Assembly (NCBI GenBank): GCA_964563755.1
Contig: CAZLYC010000009.1
Coordinates: 42,624 to 66,623, forward strand
Direction: 5' to 3'
DNA length: 24,000 nucleotides
Source: an uncultured Methanosarcinales archaeon
GTDB taxonomy: Archaea; Nanobdellota; Nanobdellia; Woesearchaeales; UBA11576
The translations under genes and the position numbers were made by a program. Below are positions 1 to 9,249 of the stretch, one piece after another; the stretch's first letter is position 1; every line of letters starts with the position of its first letter. Under the pieces are notes generated by a model. It saw only the letters and a program-made list of their open reading frames with translations, was not told the origin of the DNA and did no database searches.

Positions 1-536
1 TGAATTGACGTCCTTGTCTCATTTTCTCCGCCAAGAATAGCATCAAGAACAGCATTGTCACCAGTATACTTCCGTTTACCATCCTCTTTTAGTATAGAAA
101 GGTCTGCAGGATGGCTGTTAATCATCCTGTCACTGAACTCAGAAAGCAGTGGAGAATATAACCTCAGCATGTATCCAGCAAGAGCGACCAAATCAATGCT
201 GAAATTATGCTTATCAGACGCATCAAGCAACAGATCCCTGCTTCTCTCGTCGAACTCTTTTCTCATATCCTTATCCTTACGCTCTTTTTTGTTTTCGTAA
301 TCCATTCCCTTTTCTTTCATGAAATCATCAAGATGGTTGTACACGACAGGAATATTCTCCCTGATTCCAATCTTATGCGCCCTAGAATAACGATTGTCAG
401 TAAAGAGCGCGACAACCCTGAAAAAATGGATGCCTGTCAACTTCTGACGTTCAATCAAAGCATCTATAGTGCTGCAGCTGCCAGAACCGAAAGCCACAAC
501 CTGCATCGGCAGCTCACCATTGAAAATCTTCTTCAT
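1..536 (-). CDS. purN: Phosphoribosylglycinamide formyltransferase-like (PurN family), N-terminal ~178 codons; 3' end lies beyond the window edge
   Basis: Absent from the ORF track because its stop is outside the window. Hand translation of the minus strand from ATG 536..534 stays open to position 1: MKKIFNGELPMQVVAFGSGSCSTIDALIERQ...SIDLVALAGYMLRLYSPLLSEFSDRMINSHPADLS...GDNAVLDAILGGENETRTSI. It shows the G-S-G-S loop, LAGYM and the N-x-H-P formyltransferase motif. The start overlaps the purD stop (TGATG). Confidence 0.75.
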   Translation of the reverse strand, partial: MKKIFNGELPMQVVAFGSGSCSTIDALIERQKLTGIHFFRVVALFTDNRYSRAHKIGIRENIPVVYNHLDDFMKEKGMDYENKKERKDKDMRKEFDERSRDLLLDASDKHNFSIDLVALAGYMLRLYSPLLSEFSDRMINSHPADLSILKEDGKRKYTGDNAVLDAILGGENETRTSI

Positions 537-1840
537 CAAAGCACCCTGTAACCTATATCATTACGGAAAGATTTATTCTTGAAATAGACATGCTTCTCAG
601 CCTCGTAAGCACGGTCTATCGCATCTTTGTGACTCTTATCGCTTACCGACGTAACTCCCATTATCCGTCCACCGTCAGTCACCAGTCTGCTACCAATAAG
701 CTTAGTTCCCGCATGAAACAACACGACATCCTTCATGCTTTTCAGCTTGCGGCCAAAAGAAATCTCCTCACCTTTACTTTTGCCAGAAGGGTAAGAACCC
801 TCAACAAGGACAACACAGCAAGAATACGCGTCCTTGAGCTTAAAATCAGACTCACTAAGCCTTCCACTCAAACAATCATTGAACAACTTATACGGGTCCG
901 CGTCCACAAGAGGCACGATAGCCTGCGTCTCAGGGTCACCAAACCTGCAGTTGTATTCTATAAGATAAGGCCTGCCATCCTGCATCATGACAGCAAAATA
1001 CAGCACTCCCTTGTAATCAAGACTCTCTTTCTTCATACCCTCAATCGTAGGCACAATAATCTCATCAGTTATCCTCTTCTCAAGAACAGCATCGACAAGT
1101 CTCGTCGGAGCATAAGCACCCATGCCTCCAGTATTAGGACCAGTATCCTTCTCATAACGCCTCTTATGATCCTGAGAATGGGAAAACAGCCTGTAAGAAT
1201 TACCGTCTGTAACAGCAATGATTGACGCTTCCTCACCAGAAAGACGCTCCTCAAGAAGCAGCTTCTTACCAGCATTGCCGAAGTTCTCCACTGAATCAAT
1301 AGCCGCCAATGTCTCCTTGATATTATCATTAACAATAACGCCTTTTCCGCCGCAGATGCCGTCAGCCTTCACGACAAGAAGCGGCTTCCTGCCATCAGCA
1401 GTAGACCTCTCAAGATAACTCTTCGCAGCACGAATATTCGACTCAACATTCTCATTCTCAAAAGGAGCAAAATCAGGAACAGGAATATTATGCCTCTTGG
1501 CAAACTTACGTGCAAAAATCTTGCTGCCCTCAAGCTCAGCACAACTCTTCGACGGACAAAAAAGCCTTACACCTTTATCCAAAAATTCCCTTTCCCTCCA
1601 ATAATCAGCCAACCCATCAACAATCTGCCTTTCAGGACCGACAACAACAAGGCTTGCGTAATTCTTCACTGCCTCATGCGCGACAGCGTCAAAATCATCG
1701 ATGTCAATATCGATATTCTTCCCAATAGACGCAGTGCCTCCATTACCCGGAGCAGCCAAGACCTCGTGATTGTACTGCTTAAACCACCATGCCAACGCGT
1801 GTTCACGTCCACCATTGCCTAAAATCATCACTTTAGCCAT
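536..1840 (-). CDS. purD: Phosphoribosylamine--glycine ligase (GAR synthetase)
   Basis: 434-aa ORF with an ATG start. N-terminus is MAKVMILGNGGREHALAWW. ATP-grasp body (KADGICGGKGV, EERLSGEEASI, IEYNCRFGDPE). Length is typical of PurD. Confidence 0.97.
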   Translation of the reverse strand: MAKVMILGNGGREHALAWWFKQYNHEVLAAPGNGGTASIGKNIDIDIDDFDAVAHEAVKNYASLVVVGPERQIVDGLADYWREREFLDKGVRLFCPSKSCAELEGSKIFARKFAKRHNIPVPDFAPFENENVESNIRAAKSYLERSTADGRKPLLVVKADGICGGKGVIVNDNIKETLAAIDSVENFGNAGKKLLLEERLSGEEASIIAVTDGNSYRLFSHSQDHKRRYEKDTGPNTGGMGAYAPTRLVDAVLEKRITDEIIVPTIEGMKKESLDYKGVLYFAVMMQDGRPYLIEYNCRFGDPETQAIVPLVDADPYKLFNDCLSGRLSESDFKLKDAYSCCVVLVEGSYPSGKSKGEEISFGRKLKSMKDVVLFHAGTKLIGSRLVTDGGRIMGVTSVSDKSHKDAIDRAYEAEKHVYFKNKSFRNDIGYRVL

Positions 1841-1864
1841 TTTTTTTCTTCTCTTTCTTCCTCC

Positions 1865-2635
1865 TTACCTGAAATAATCAACAGCATTATTGAAAATCAT
1901 CATGCAGTCTGTCTCGTCGGGAAGCTCCCTCTCATCCCTTGATGCAATCTCCCTCTTCAACGTGTACAGAGCATCCTGCACAGACAAAATCGACCTTTCC
2001 GGATGCGGCATGAGGCCAAAAAACCTGCCAGTCGGGTCACAGATGCCAGCAATATCCTCAACAGACCCATTAGGATTATCATCATACCTCAAAACAACCT
2101 GACTATTCTCGTTCAGACGCGAAAGAACATCATCATTCGCGTAAAAACGTCCTTCACCATGAGCAATAGGCATGAAAAGCCTCTTGATACCTTTTGTCCA
2201 GACGCAATTGTTACCCTCAACAACACTAATATCCGTCCACAAATCCCTGTAACGTGCAGAACTATTGAAAGTCAGAGCAGAATCAGCACGACCATACCTG
2301 CCAATATCCGAAGGGAAAAAACCAAGCTGAGACATAATCTGAAAACCATTGCAGATACCGATAGACAAAGTATCCCGCTCAATGAAACGGGTAAGAGCAT
2401 CGCTTAATCTGTCGCGCGCATAGTTTGCGTAAGCAAGACCAGAGCCAGTATCGTCTCCCATGCTAAAACCGCCAGGCCAGACAAGAATCCTGCAGTCATC
2501 AAGCACTTTTACATCTGACACTACATCATTTATATGCATAATCTTCGGACTAGAACCAGCACGCTCGAAAGCATAAGCTGTCTCCTTCTCACAATTGATT
2601 CCATAACCGCTAAGTATCAAAGTTTTGGGCCCCAT
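1865..2635 (-). CDS. purQ: FGAM synthase glutaminase subunit (class I glutamine amidotransferase, PurQ-type)
   Basis: 256-aa ORF. Nucleophile elbow GICNGFQ, PGGFSMGDD, and the His-Glu dyad in MPHPERS. Its ATG (2635..2633) directly abuts the purL stop (TGAATG). Confidence 0.9.
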   Translation of the reverse strand: MGPKTLILSGYGINCEKETAYAFERAGSSPKIMHINDVVSDVKVLDDCRILVWPGGFSMGDDTGSGLAYANYARDRLSDALTRFIERDTLSIGICNGFQIMSQLGFFPSDIGRYGRADSALTFNSSARYRDLWTDISVVEGNNCVWTKGIKRLFMPIAHGEGRFYANDDVLSRLNENSQVVLRYDDNPNGSVEDIAGICDPTGRFFGLMPHPERSILSVQDALYTLKREIASRDERELPDETDCMMIFNNAVDYFR

Positions 2636-5600
2636 TCAATAACCTCGCAACCTCTTCTTGTAATTTTCAGCGAGATTAGCCACTCTCGCATCAATCACCT
2701 TCTCATCCTTGCCAAGGAAAACCCTAAAATCCCTGTCATCGGTCACTTTCCCTACATAGCAGAACGGAACATCGTAGAGCATGCTCTCAAAATCATCACA
2801 CTTACGCGGGTCAACAGTCACAACAAACCTGCCCTGCGACTCACTGAACAAAATCTCATCAGCATACTCAGTCCCGACAACAGACTTCTGCGCAATCAAG
2901 TTATCAAGGTCCAATTCCATCCCAAGACCACCGCCAATAGCAGTCTTTGCAAGCGCAACACCCAATCCACCTGACGAAACACTGCAGCACGATGCGACAA
3001 GACCTCTTTCGATGGCACGCTCCATAGCCTTGTATGTGTCAAGGAAGCTATCTGGAACAACTTCAGGGACAGAATGCCCTAGGAAACCGGCACCATCAAT
3101 CTTCTCGCCGACCATATCATAATACTCAGAACCGCCAAGATCAGGATAAGTGATGCCTACAACATAGACAATATCACCTGCGCACTTAGCATCCAAGGTC
3201 TGGCACTTACGGACATCATCAACAATGCTCAAGCCAGAAACAAGCAGCGTCGGAAGAGCATCAATGACTATCTTATTCCCATTCTCATCAAAACCCTTGA
3301 AAGTATTGAACATGCTGTCCTTCCCAGAGATGAAAGGAGCAAGATAAGCTGTCGACAGATCATAACACGCCTTGACAGCACGCTTAAGCTGACCGAGCCG
3401 CTCAGGCTCATCAGAAGAACACCAGCAGAAATTGTCAAGCAACGCAATCCTGTCAAGCCTGCCGCCGACCGCAATAAGATTCCTGACAACAGTATCAATC
3501 GCGCACGCAGCCATGTTATATGTATCAATCAAGCCGTACCTCGGATACAAAGACTGCGTGGCAGCAACCCCCTTCCATGACTCCAGGACAGGCCTGTTAA
3601 CAGTAGCATCAGAATCAACCTTGCCTTTTCCGACCAGGGGCTTAACAACAGAACCCCCTTGAACTTCATGGTCGAACTGCTCAAAAACAAACTCTTTGCT
3701 GCAGATATTAAGACGAGAAAGCATATCTTCCAGACTGCCTGTGAGGTCATCAGGCTCATCAAAATCAGGCTCAACAGCACCATAACTATCCTGTTCATAA
3801 TCAGATTCAAGAACCCTTTGAGGAAGACCATCATGCAGGAAATTGATATCGATATCAAGCACATTCTTACCATTGAAATTCGCCCTGCACCTGCCTGAAT
3901 CATCAAAACGACCAATAACAGTCGCTTCAACATCATGCTTCCTCATGATATCCATGAATCCAGAAATATTATCTTCAGGGATAGCGAGAGTCATCCTCTC
4001 CTGCGATTCAGAAATCAATATCTGGTCAGGCCGCATACCATGATACTTCAGAGGCACTTTGTCAAGCTCAATAGTCGCGCCACCGCACTCACGAGCCATC
4101 TCATAGACAGAACAAGACAAGCCACCAGCACCATTATCAGTAATAGAATCATACAGCTTCAAATCCCTGACCTCTTTTAGCAGCGCATCGCTCATCTTCT
4201 TCTGCGTAATTGGGTCACCAATCTGCACAGCGCTGTTTGGAGAACCAGAATCCATAGATTCAGACGAGAAAGTTGCGCCATGGATACCGTCTAGACCCAC
4301 ACGGCCGCCGACCATCACGACCAAATCACCAGGCCTTGCCTTCTTCTCATAAATCCTGTCCCCTTCCTTCTCAAGAGGGATAAGACCCTGCACACCGACA
4401 AAAACAAGAGGCTTGCCGCCATAACTATCATGGAAAAAAGCACCACCCTGAGATGTAGGGATGCCTGACTTGTTCCCGCCATCCTTCACCCCAGAGACAA
4501 CGCCATCCATGATGCTCCTGGGACTAAGAATCCTCCCTTCAAGCGTACCATCCAATCTTTTATCCCTGAAAAGCTTCCTCTTGCTCTTAGGATCAGCAAA
4601 GCAGAAATAAAATCTGTGATTAAATGGAATCGCGCCCATGCCAGCACCAATAGCATCACGGTCAACACCGACGATACCAGTGATTGCGCCGCCATAAGGG
4701 TCAAGAGCTGACGGAGAATTATGCGTCTCAACCTTCTCAGTTATCGCCCAGTACTTATCGAACTTTATTATGCCAGAATTATCACTAAAAACAGAAAGAA
4801 GGAAATCTTCCTTGCCAAGAGCCTTCCATCGTCTCCTGATTTCCTCAGTCGCGCCCCTTATGTACTTCTTGAAAAGACCTTCCTTGATATCATCATCTAA
4901 AGCCGCGGCAAAAATAGTATGCTTGCAATGCTCAGACCAGGTCTGCGCGAGGCACTCAAGCTCTACATCAGTAGGGTCCCTGCCGACCTTGTTGAAATAA
5001 TCCACAATCACCCTCATCGGAGCAGCATCGTCGATATCCAAAGCAAGAGGACCACGATGACAACCAGTCATAGGGTCAATTATCCCCTTCTTCGCAATCA
5101 ACCTGAGCTCATCTTGGTCCATAATTCTTATCGGAACAACAATGGAACCCTGTTCACAACCAAGAACAACCTTAGGAACATACGCTTCAAGCATGCTTCT
5201 CTTGAAATCATGCGCTGAAGTGCAGACTATATTCTGTATAAGAGGATTCGCAAGCATCTCACCGATATCCCTGCACAGCTTCTCATCAACCTCACCCTTA
5301 ATTATCAGAAGCTCTGACGAATGCACGCCTTCATTATCAGCAAAAGGCTCATTGAGCTTTGCTTCAATGCCTTTCCTCACAGTATTGCCGACATTATCAG
5401 TGACACCTGGCTTAAAACCAATCTCCAACACATAATCAGCATCGCCGATATCAAAACAATTATCCAATCTCGCTTCCTGGACAACATTATTATGAAGCAT
5501 GCCTATTATGTGGACCAGTTCACCAATAGAGAACTCCTTATTTATCGAATAAGAATCAATGACATCTATTCTATCTATCTTCGCCTGCCTCAAAGCGCCC

Positions 5601-5695
5601 TCTTCCATAAGGCAACGGACCTTATCAGCGACGACCTTGCCTCTTGAATCAATACTCCCTTTGTATTTTACATCAATCCTTGCCATAACACTCAA
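2636..5695 (-). CDS. purL: Phosphoribosylformylglycinamidine (FGAM) synthase: PurS-like N-terminal domain plus linker fused to the PurL synthetase domain
   Basis: 1019-aa ORF. The PurL core starts near residue 190 (GRDPTDVELECLAQTWSEHCKHTIF, DNGAGGLSCSVYEMA). The first ~190 aa resemble PurS (IGFKPGVTDNVGNTVRKGIE ... LANPLIQNIV). The track start 5695 is TTG; ATG at 5686..5684 (MARIDVKYKG) is the more likely start. Confidence 0.93.
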   Translation of the reverse strand: MSVMARIDVKYKGSIDSRGKVVADKVRCLMEEGALRQAKIDRIDVIDSYSINKEFSIGELVHIIGMLHNNVVQEARLDNCFDIGDADYVLEIGFKPGVTDNVGNTVRKGIEAKLNEPFADNEGVHSSELLIIKGEVDEKLCRDIGEMLANPLIQNIVCTSAHDFKRSMLEAYVPKVVLGCEQGSIVVPIRIMDQDELRLIAKKGIIDPMTGCHRGPLALDIDDAAPMRVIVDYFNKVGRDPTDVELECLAQTWSEHCKHTIFAAALDDDIKEGLFKKYIRGATEEIRRRWKALGKEDFLLSVFSDNSGIIKFDKYWAITEKVETHNSPSALDPYGGAITGIVGVDRDAIGAGMGAIPFNHRFYFCFADPKSKRKLFRDKRLDGTLEGRILSPRSIMDGVVSGVKDGGNKSGIPTSQGGAFFHDSYGGKPLVFVGVQGLIPLEKEGDRIYEKKARPGDLVVMVGGRVGLDGIHGATFSSESMDSGSPNSAVQIGDPITQKKMSDALLKEVRDLKLYDSITDNGAGGLSCSVYEMARECGGATIELDKVPLKYHGMRPDQILISESQERMTLAIPEDNISGFMDIMRKHDVEATVIGRFDDSGRCRANFNGKNVLDIDINFLHDGLPQRVLESDYEQDSYGAVEPDFDEPDDLTGSLEDMLSRLNICSKEFVFEQFDHEVQGGSVVKPLVGKGKVDSDATVNRPVLESWKGVAATQSLYPRYGLIDTYNMAACAIDTVVRNLIAVGGRLDRIALLDNFCWCSSDEPERLGQLKRAVKACYDLSTAYLAPFISGKDSMFNTFKGFDENGNKIVIDALPTLLVSGLSIVDDVRKCQTLDAKCAGDIVYVVGITYPDLGGSEYYDMVGEKIDGAGFLGHSVPEVVPDSFLDTYKAMERAIERGLVASCCSVSSGGLGVALAKTAIGGGLGMELDLDNLIAQKSVVGTEYADEILFSESQGRFVVTVDPRKCDDFESMLYDVPFCYVGKVTDDRDFRVFLGKDEKVIDARVANLAENYKKRLRGY

Positions 5696-6831
5696 CCGTA
5701 TCCCTCAAAAGAGTAATCCCCATCAGGAGCATAATCTTTTCCCCTAAGGTTAAGCAGGACGCTTGGCCCGTCAGCTTTTCCCTCGACAACCTTGCCGACA
5801 ATCTTCGCATCATGCCCTTCCTCATTCGCGATAGTGCATGCCACACGCGCCTCTTCCATATCCTCAACTATGACTGCAAAGCCCATGCCCATATTCATCT
5901 TGGTCCAGGCATGCTCAACATCGTACTTGCCTTCATTCATAACAAGACGATGTATCGGAAGAGGGTCCATAGGGTCATCAATCAGATACACGATGCCTTT
6001 CCCGAACCTGTTGAAATTCTTAAGACCATAACCGGTTATGTTCACACCGTACGTGGAGCAGGTTATTCCGCAGATTCTCGACATAGTCTTAAGATAGAGC
6101 TTTGTAGGAGCAAGCAACGCATCCCCGACAGTAGTCTTAGTGCCTTCTATCAAGTCATCAAGCCTGAACTTCCCTGTGTAGAGCTCCTTATACTCATCTC
6201 TTTGCTCAACAACCTTGTCAAGCAGCACGTGCCTCGCGAAAGTATACCCGTTGCTGTGCAGCCCGGACGAACCAATGCCGACGATGATATCACCTGGCTC
6301 CGGAGCAAAAGAAGGAAGATGCTTCTTCTCAATAAAAGCAGTGACGGTCGCTGCGATATCATAGCCATAACCCGGAACAGGGCCTGTCACCATCTCCTCG
6401 ACGCTTGCAGTCTCATGCTTGCCGTAATTTATGTTCCACTTGGAGCTCTTAATCACGCACTGCTTCAACGCAGAATCAATGCCCCTGACAATATCACCCA
6501 TCTTTTCCTCTTCAACCTTCTGCTGCACCGCAAAATAGACGTTCATCACGTCAGGAATCACCTGGCCAAAAGTCGCCAAGTCATTAATGTTCATAGCAAC
6601 AAGGTCAAAACCTACAGTATCATACCTATCCATCAACTGGCTCAAGAAAAGCTTTGTGCCGACGCCATCATTCGCAAGAAGCATGTAATGATTCGGATAG
6701 ACAGCATCATTCTGCCTGATTTCAGCAAAAAGACCGCCCTTTCCAGTCCTTCTTGAAAGGAACTCTCTGCTCATAGCATTCTTACCAGCAGAAACAGCTT
6801 TTGCCTCTATCTTTTCATAATCATCTGACAT
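5692..6831 (-). CDS. purM: Phosphoribosylformylglycinamidine cyclo-ligase (AIR synthetase)
   Basis: 379-aa ORF with an ATG start preceded by AGAGGTG 6 nt upstream. PurM motifs present: ANDGVGTKL, DLVAMNINDL, GIGSSGLHSNGYTFAR. Confidence 0.92.
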   Translation of the reverse strand: MSDDYEKIEAKAVSAGKNAMSREFLSRRTGKGGLFAEIRQNDAVYPNHYMLLANDGVGTKLFLSQLMDRYDTVGFDLVAMNINDLATFGQVIPDVMNVYFAVQQKVEEEKMGDIVRGIDSALKQCVIKSSKWNINYGKHETASVEEMVTGPVPGYGYDIAATVTAFIEKKHLPSFAPEPGDIIVGIGSSGLHSNGYTFARHVLLDKVVEQRDEYKELYTGKFRLDDLIEGTKTTVGDALLAPTKLYLKTMSRICGITCSTYGVNITGYGLKNFNRFGKGIVYLIDDPMDPLPIHRLVMNEGKYDVEHAWTKMNMGMGFAVIVEDMEEARVACTIANEEGHDAKIVGKVVEGKADGPSVLLNLRGKDYAPDGDYSFEGYG

Positions 6832-7017
6832 GAACTACACCTCTGACATGATATCCTGACGAAAAACAAGACAACGGTATGCATGAGAACGAGTTTAAAA
6901 CAGTGATTGCCTCTATTTTTAAGGCCATCCTCCACCCGCGCCCTAAAATCCGGCGCTTAACTTCCCACGCCCAACTCTATATAAAAAGATTTGTAGTCCT
7001 AACACTGTAATAAAAAA

Positions 7018-9219
7018 TCAGGACACTATCTCACTCAACAATTCCAGGTCAGGCAGCATCTTTTCCTTACTAAGTCCTGCTGCCTCGAAATCCTTCTTTG
7101 TCGTCGAACCAGTAAGCACGGCAGCAAAATCAAGCCCTGCTGCTTTTGATGCTAAAAAATCATCAGTGTGGTCACCGACACTCAAGATCTCTTCCTTCCT
7201 TATGCCTCTAGATTCAAGAGTCAACAATGCTGTCTTGAACGCTTCAGGACTTGGCTTCCTCTGTTCCTTACTGTCAGGAGAGAAGATGAAATAATTCTCA
7301 GGATAACCTGCCTGCTTAAGTCTCTCCTGCGCCATATTGCTCCTGTTAGTGACTATCATCTGCACAACTCCCTTGTTCTCTAGAGTCTTGAATGTCGCAA
7401 TCCCATTAGGAGTCGCGCTGTAGCCGATATTCTTCGCAGCTTCCCTGTACTTGCTAAGTATGAGCTTTGCCAAAGGCTCGCTGCCAAGATAATTATCAGG
7501 AGTGGGGAACAGCAAGTCAAACATCTCCTCAAAAGGCAGATTCTTCTTCTGCACCTCAATTATCTCAGCGTCTGACGGAACCCTGAAACGTATGAAACGA
7601 GCGACAAGCTCAGCAGTCCTCTTCAAGAGCAGCCTGACATACGCATCAGTCGCAAGAAGAGTATTATCCAAATCATAAATCACAGCACGATACTTCCTGT
7701 TCTGCTGTCTTTTCTCAACAAACACCTTTTTTTCAGGAACAACCGCGACTGTCTTGGCCTGATGACTGTCATCCATATTCCACAATCCAGGAACTTTTAT
7801 CGTCTGGTCACGCTCAGGACCTACACTGACAAGCGCAATCTCAACATTACCAAGCTTCTCAATGAGTTTTAGATAATCCCTGCAACTATTAGGGAGCTCA
7901 TCAAGATCCTTCATCATGGTGATATCTTCAGACCAACCATCAACCTCAATCCAGTCATGAGGCACACAGTGCTCAAGAACGCTTGAATCATTAGGGAAAT
8001 CACGGATTATCTTACCAGGGAAATACAGCTCACCATTGAATAATCTCTTTTGGCCATTATACATGTACGAATCGCATATCTTTATCTTTTCAATACCTGT
8101 CAGCACGTCAAGTTTAGTGATTATGACACTCTTACCATTTATTTTAGCGGCGTGCCTTGTAAGAACAGCATCATGCCAACCGCATCTTCTGGGTCTTCCT
8201 GTTGTCGCACCATACTCCTGACCCTTCTCCCTTATTTTTTCACCTAATTCACCAAGAAGTTCAGTAGGGAAAGGACCAGAACCTACCCTTGTAACATACG
8301 CCTTCAAAATACTGTATGTCTCATCAATCCTTGAAATCCCAAGACCTGTCTTAAGGCCTCCCACAGAAGGATTTGACGACGTGACAAAAGGATACGTGCC
8401 GTGGTCGATATCGAGCAGCAGCCCTTGAGCGCCCTCAAGAAGAATGCTCTTACCTGAAACAAGCGCATCATTCAAAGCACAGCTGGAATCAATCACATGA
8501 TTCCCTATCCTCTTGCCTATAGAAACATAAATATCTGCAAGCGCTTCACTTATAGACCTGACATCATGCGCGTCACCCATGCCAAGGATGCGCTCACGAT
8601 ACTCATCAAAAATAGAATCCTCAGGAATCGCACTCAAGATATCCTTCATCACCTGCTCTTCTTCTGCCCTGTACAGATAAGTGAACATGCCCAGCTTCTC
8701 ATTGACATTATACTGCAACTTCTCAAGAATTATGCTCCTGTCAAAAAGATCATTAATCCTAATACCAGTACGGTGCTTCTTATCAGCATAAGCAGGACCG
8801 ATACCCCTCTTAGTCGTACCAAGTTCCTTGCCCTTGCCTTTTTCCTTCTCCTGATAGCCATCATGCATTTTATGATAAGGCATAATCACGTGAGCGCCGC
8901 CGGAAATGAACAGCCTATCTGTGCTAAAACCCTTTTCTTTTAAGGTTTTCATCTCTTTTAGAAGAACAAAAAGGTCAATGACCATGCCATTGCCAAGAAT
9001 GCAATCAACATCAGGCCAGGTCATGGCTGAAGGAATCAAGTGAAAAACGTGCTTCTTGCCATTTATGTAGATAGTATGGCCCGCATTATTGCCGCCAGTT
9101 GCTCTCGCGACGACAGAAAAACAGCCACCAGCGTAATCGATAATCTTTCCCTTGCCTTCATCGCCCCACTGACCACCAAGTATCGCAACGACCTTAGGTC
9201 CACTCATTCTCAAAAACAC
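7018..9219 (-). CDS. purA: Adenylosuccinate synthetase fused to a C-terminal HAD-superfamily phosphatase domain
   Basis: 733-aa ORF. Residues 1-~475 are PurA (GGQWGDEGKGK, GGNNAGHT, TTKRGIGPAY, GATTGRPRRCGW, VSVGPERDQTI). Residues ~510-733 are HAD: motif I DLDNT (7660..7674), VTNRS, RKPSPEAF, motif IV VGDHTDD. The track start 9219 is GTG; ATG at 9207..9205 (MSGPKVVAILGG) is the likelier start. Confidence 0.92.
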   Translation of the reverse strand: MFLRMSGPKVVAILGGQWGDEGKGKIIDYAGGCFSVVARATGGNNAGHTIYINGKKHVFHLIPSAMTWPDVDCILGNGMVIDLFVLLKEMKTLKEKGFSTDRLFISGGAHVIMPYHKMHDGYQEKEKGKGKELGTTKRGIGPAYADKKHRTGIRINDLFDRSIILEKLQYNVNEKLGMFTYLYRAEEEQVMKDILSAIPEDSIFDEYRERILGMGDAHDVRSISEALADIYVSIGKRIGNHVIDSSCALNDALVSGKSILLEGAQGLLLDIDHGTYPFVTSSNPSVGGLKTGLGISRIDETYSILKAYVTRVGSGPFPTELLGELGEKIREKGQEYGATTGRPRRCGWHDAVLTRHAAKINGKSVIITKLDVLTGIEKIKICDSYMYNGQKRLFNGELYFPGKIIRDFPNDSSVLEHCVPHDWIEVDGWSEDITMMKDLDELPNSCRDYLKLIEKLGNVEIALVSVGPERDQTIKVPGLWNMDDSHQAKTVAVVPEKKVFVEKRQQNRKYRAVIYDLDNTLLATDAYVRLLLKRTAELVARFIRFRVPSDAEIIEVQKKNLPFEEMFDLLFPTPDNYLGSEPLAKLILSKYREAAKNIGYSATPNGIATFKTLENKGVVQMIVTNRSNMAQERLKQAGYPENYFIFSPDSKEQRKPSPEAFKTALLTLESRGIRKEEILSVGDHTDDFLASKAAGLDFAAVLTGSTTKKDFEAAGLSKEKMLPDLELLSEIVS

Positions 9220-9249
9220 CCATTTTTTTCTTTTTTTTCAATAATTGAT

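Noticed and set aside
55-551. Plus-strand track ORFs 55..300 and 207..551 at the left edge.
   Set aside because: The minus strand over the same interval encodes a continuous PurN-like formyltransferase with conserved motifs and a start coupled to purD. The plus-strand translations are low complexity with no motifs.
6832-7017. A purine or ZTP riboswitch upstream of the purine operon.
   Set aside because: By eye I could not find the purine-riboswitch junction and loop consensus or the ZTP CCGCCUGGGC-type pseudoknot element on either strand. Only generic 5-bp GC stems are present. It is kept as an uncharacterised leader, not a known riboswitch class.
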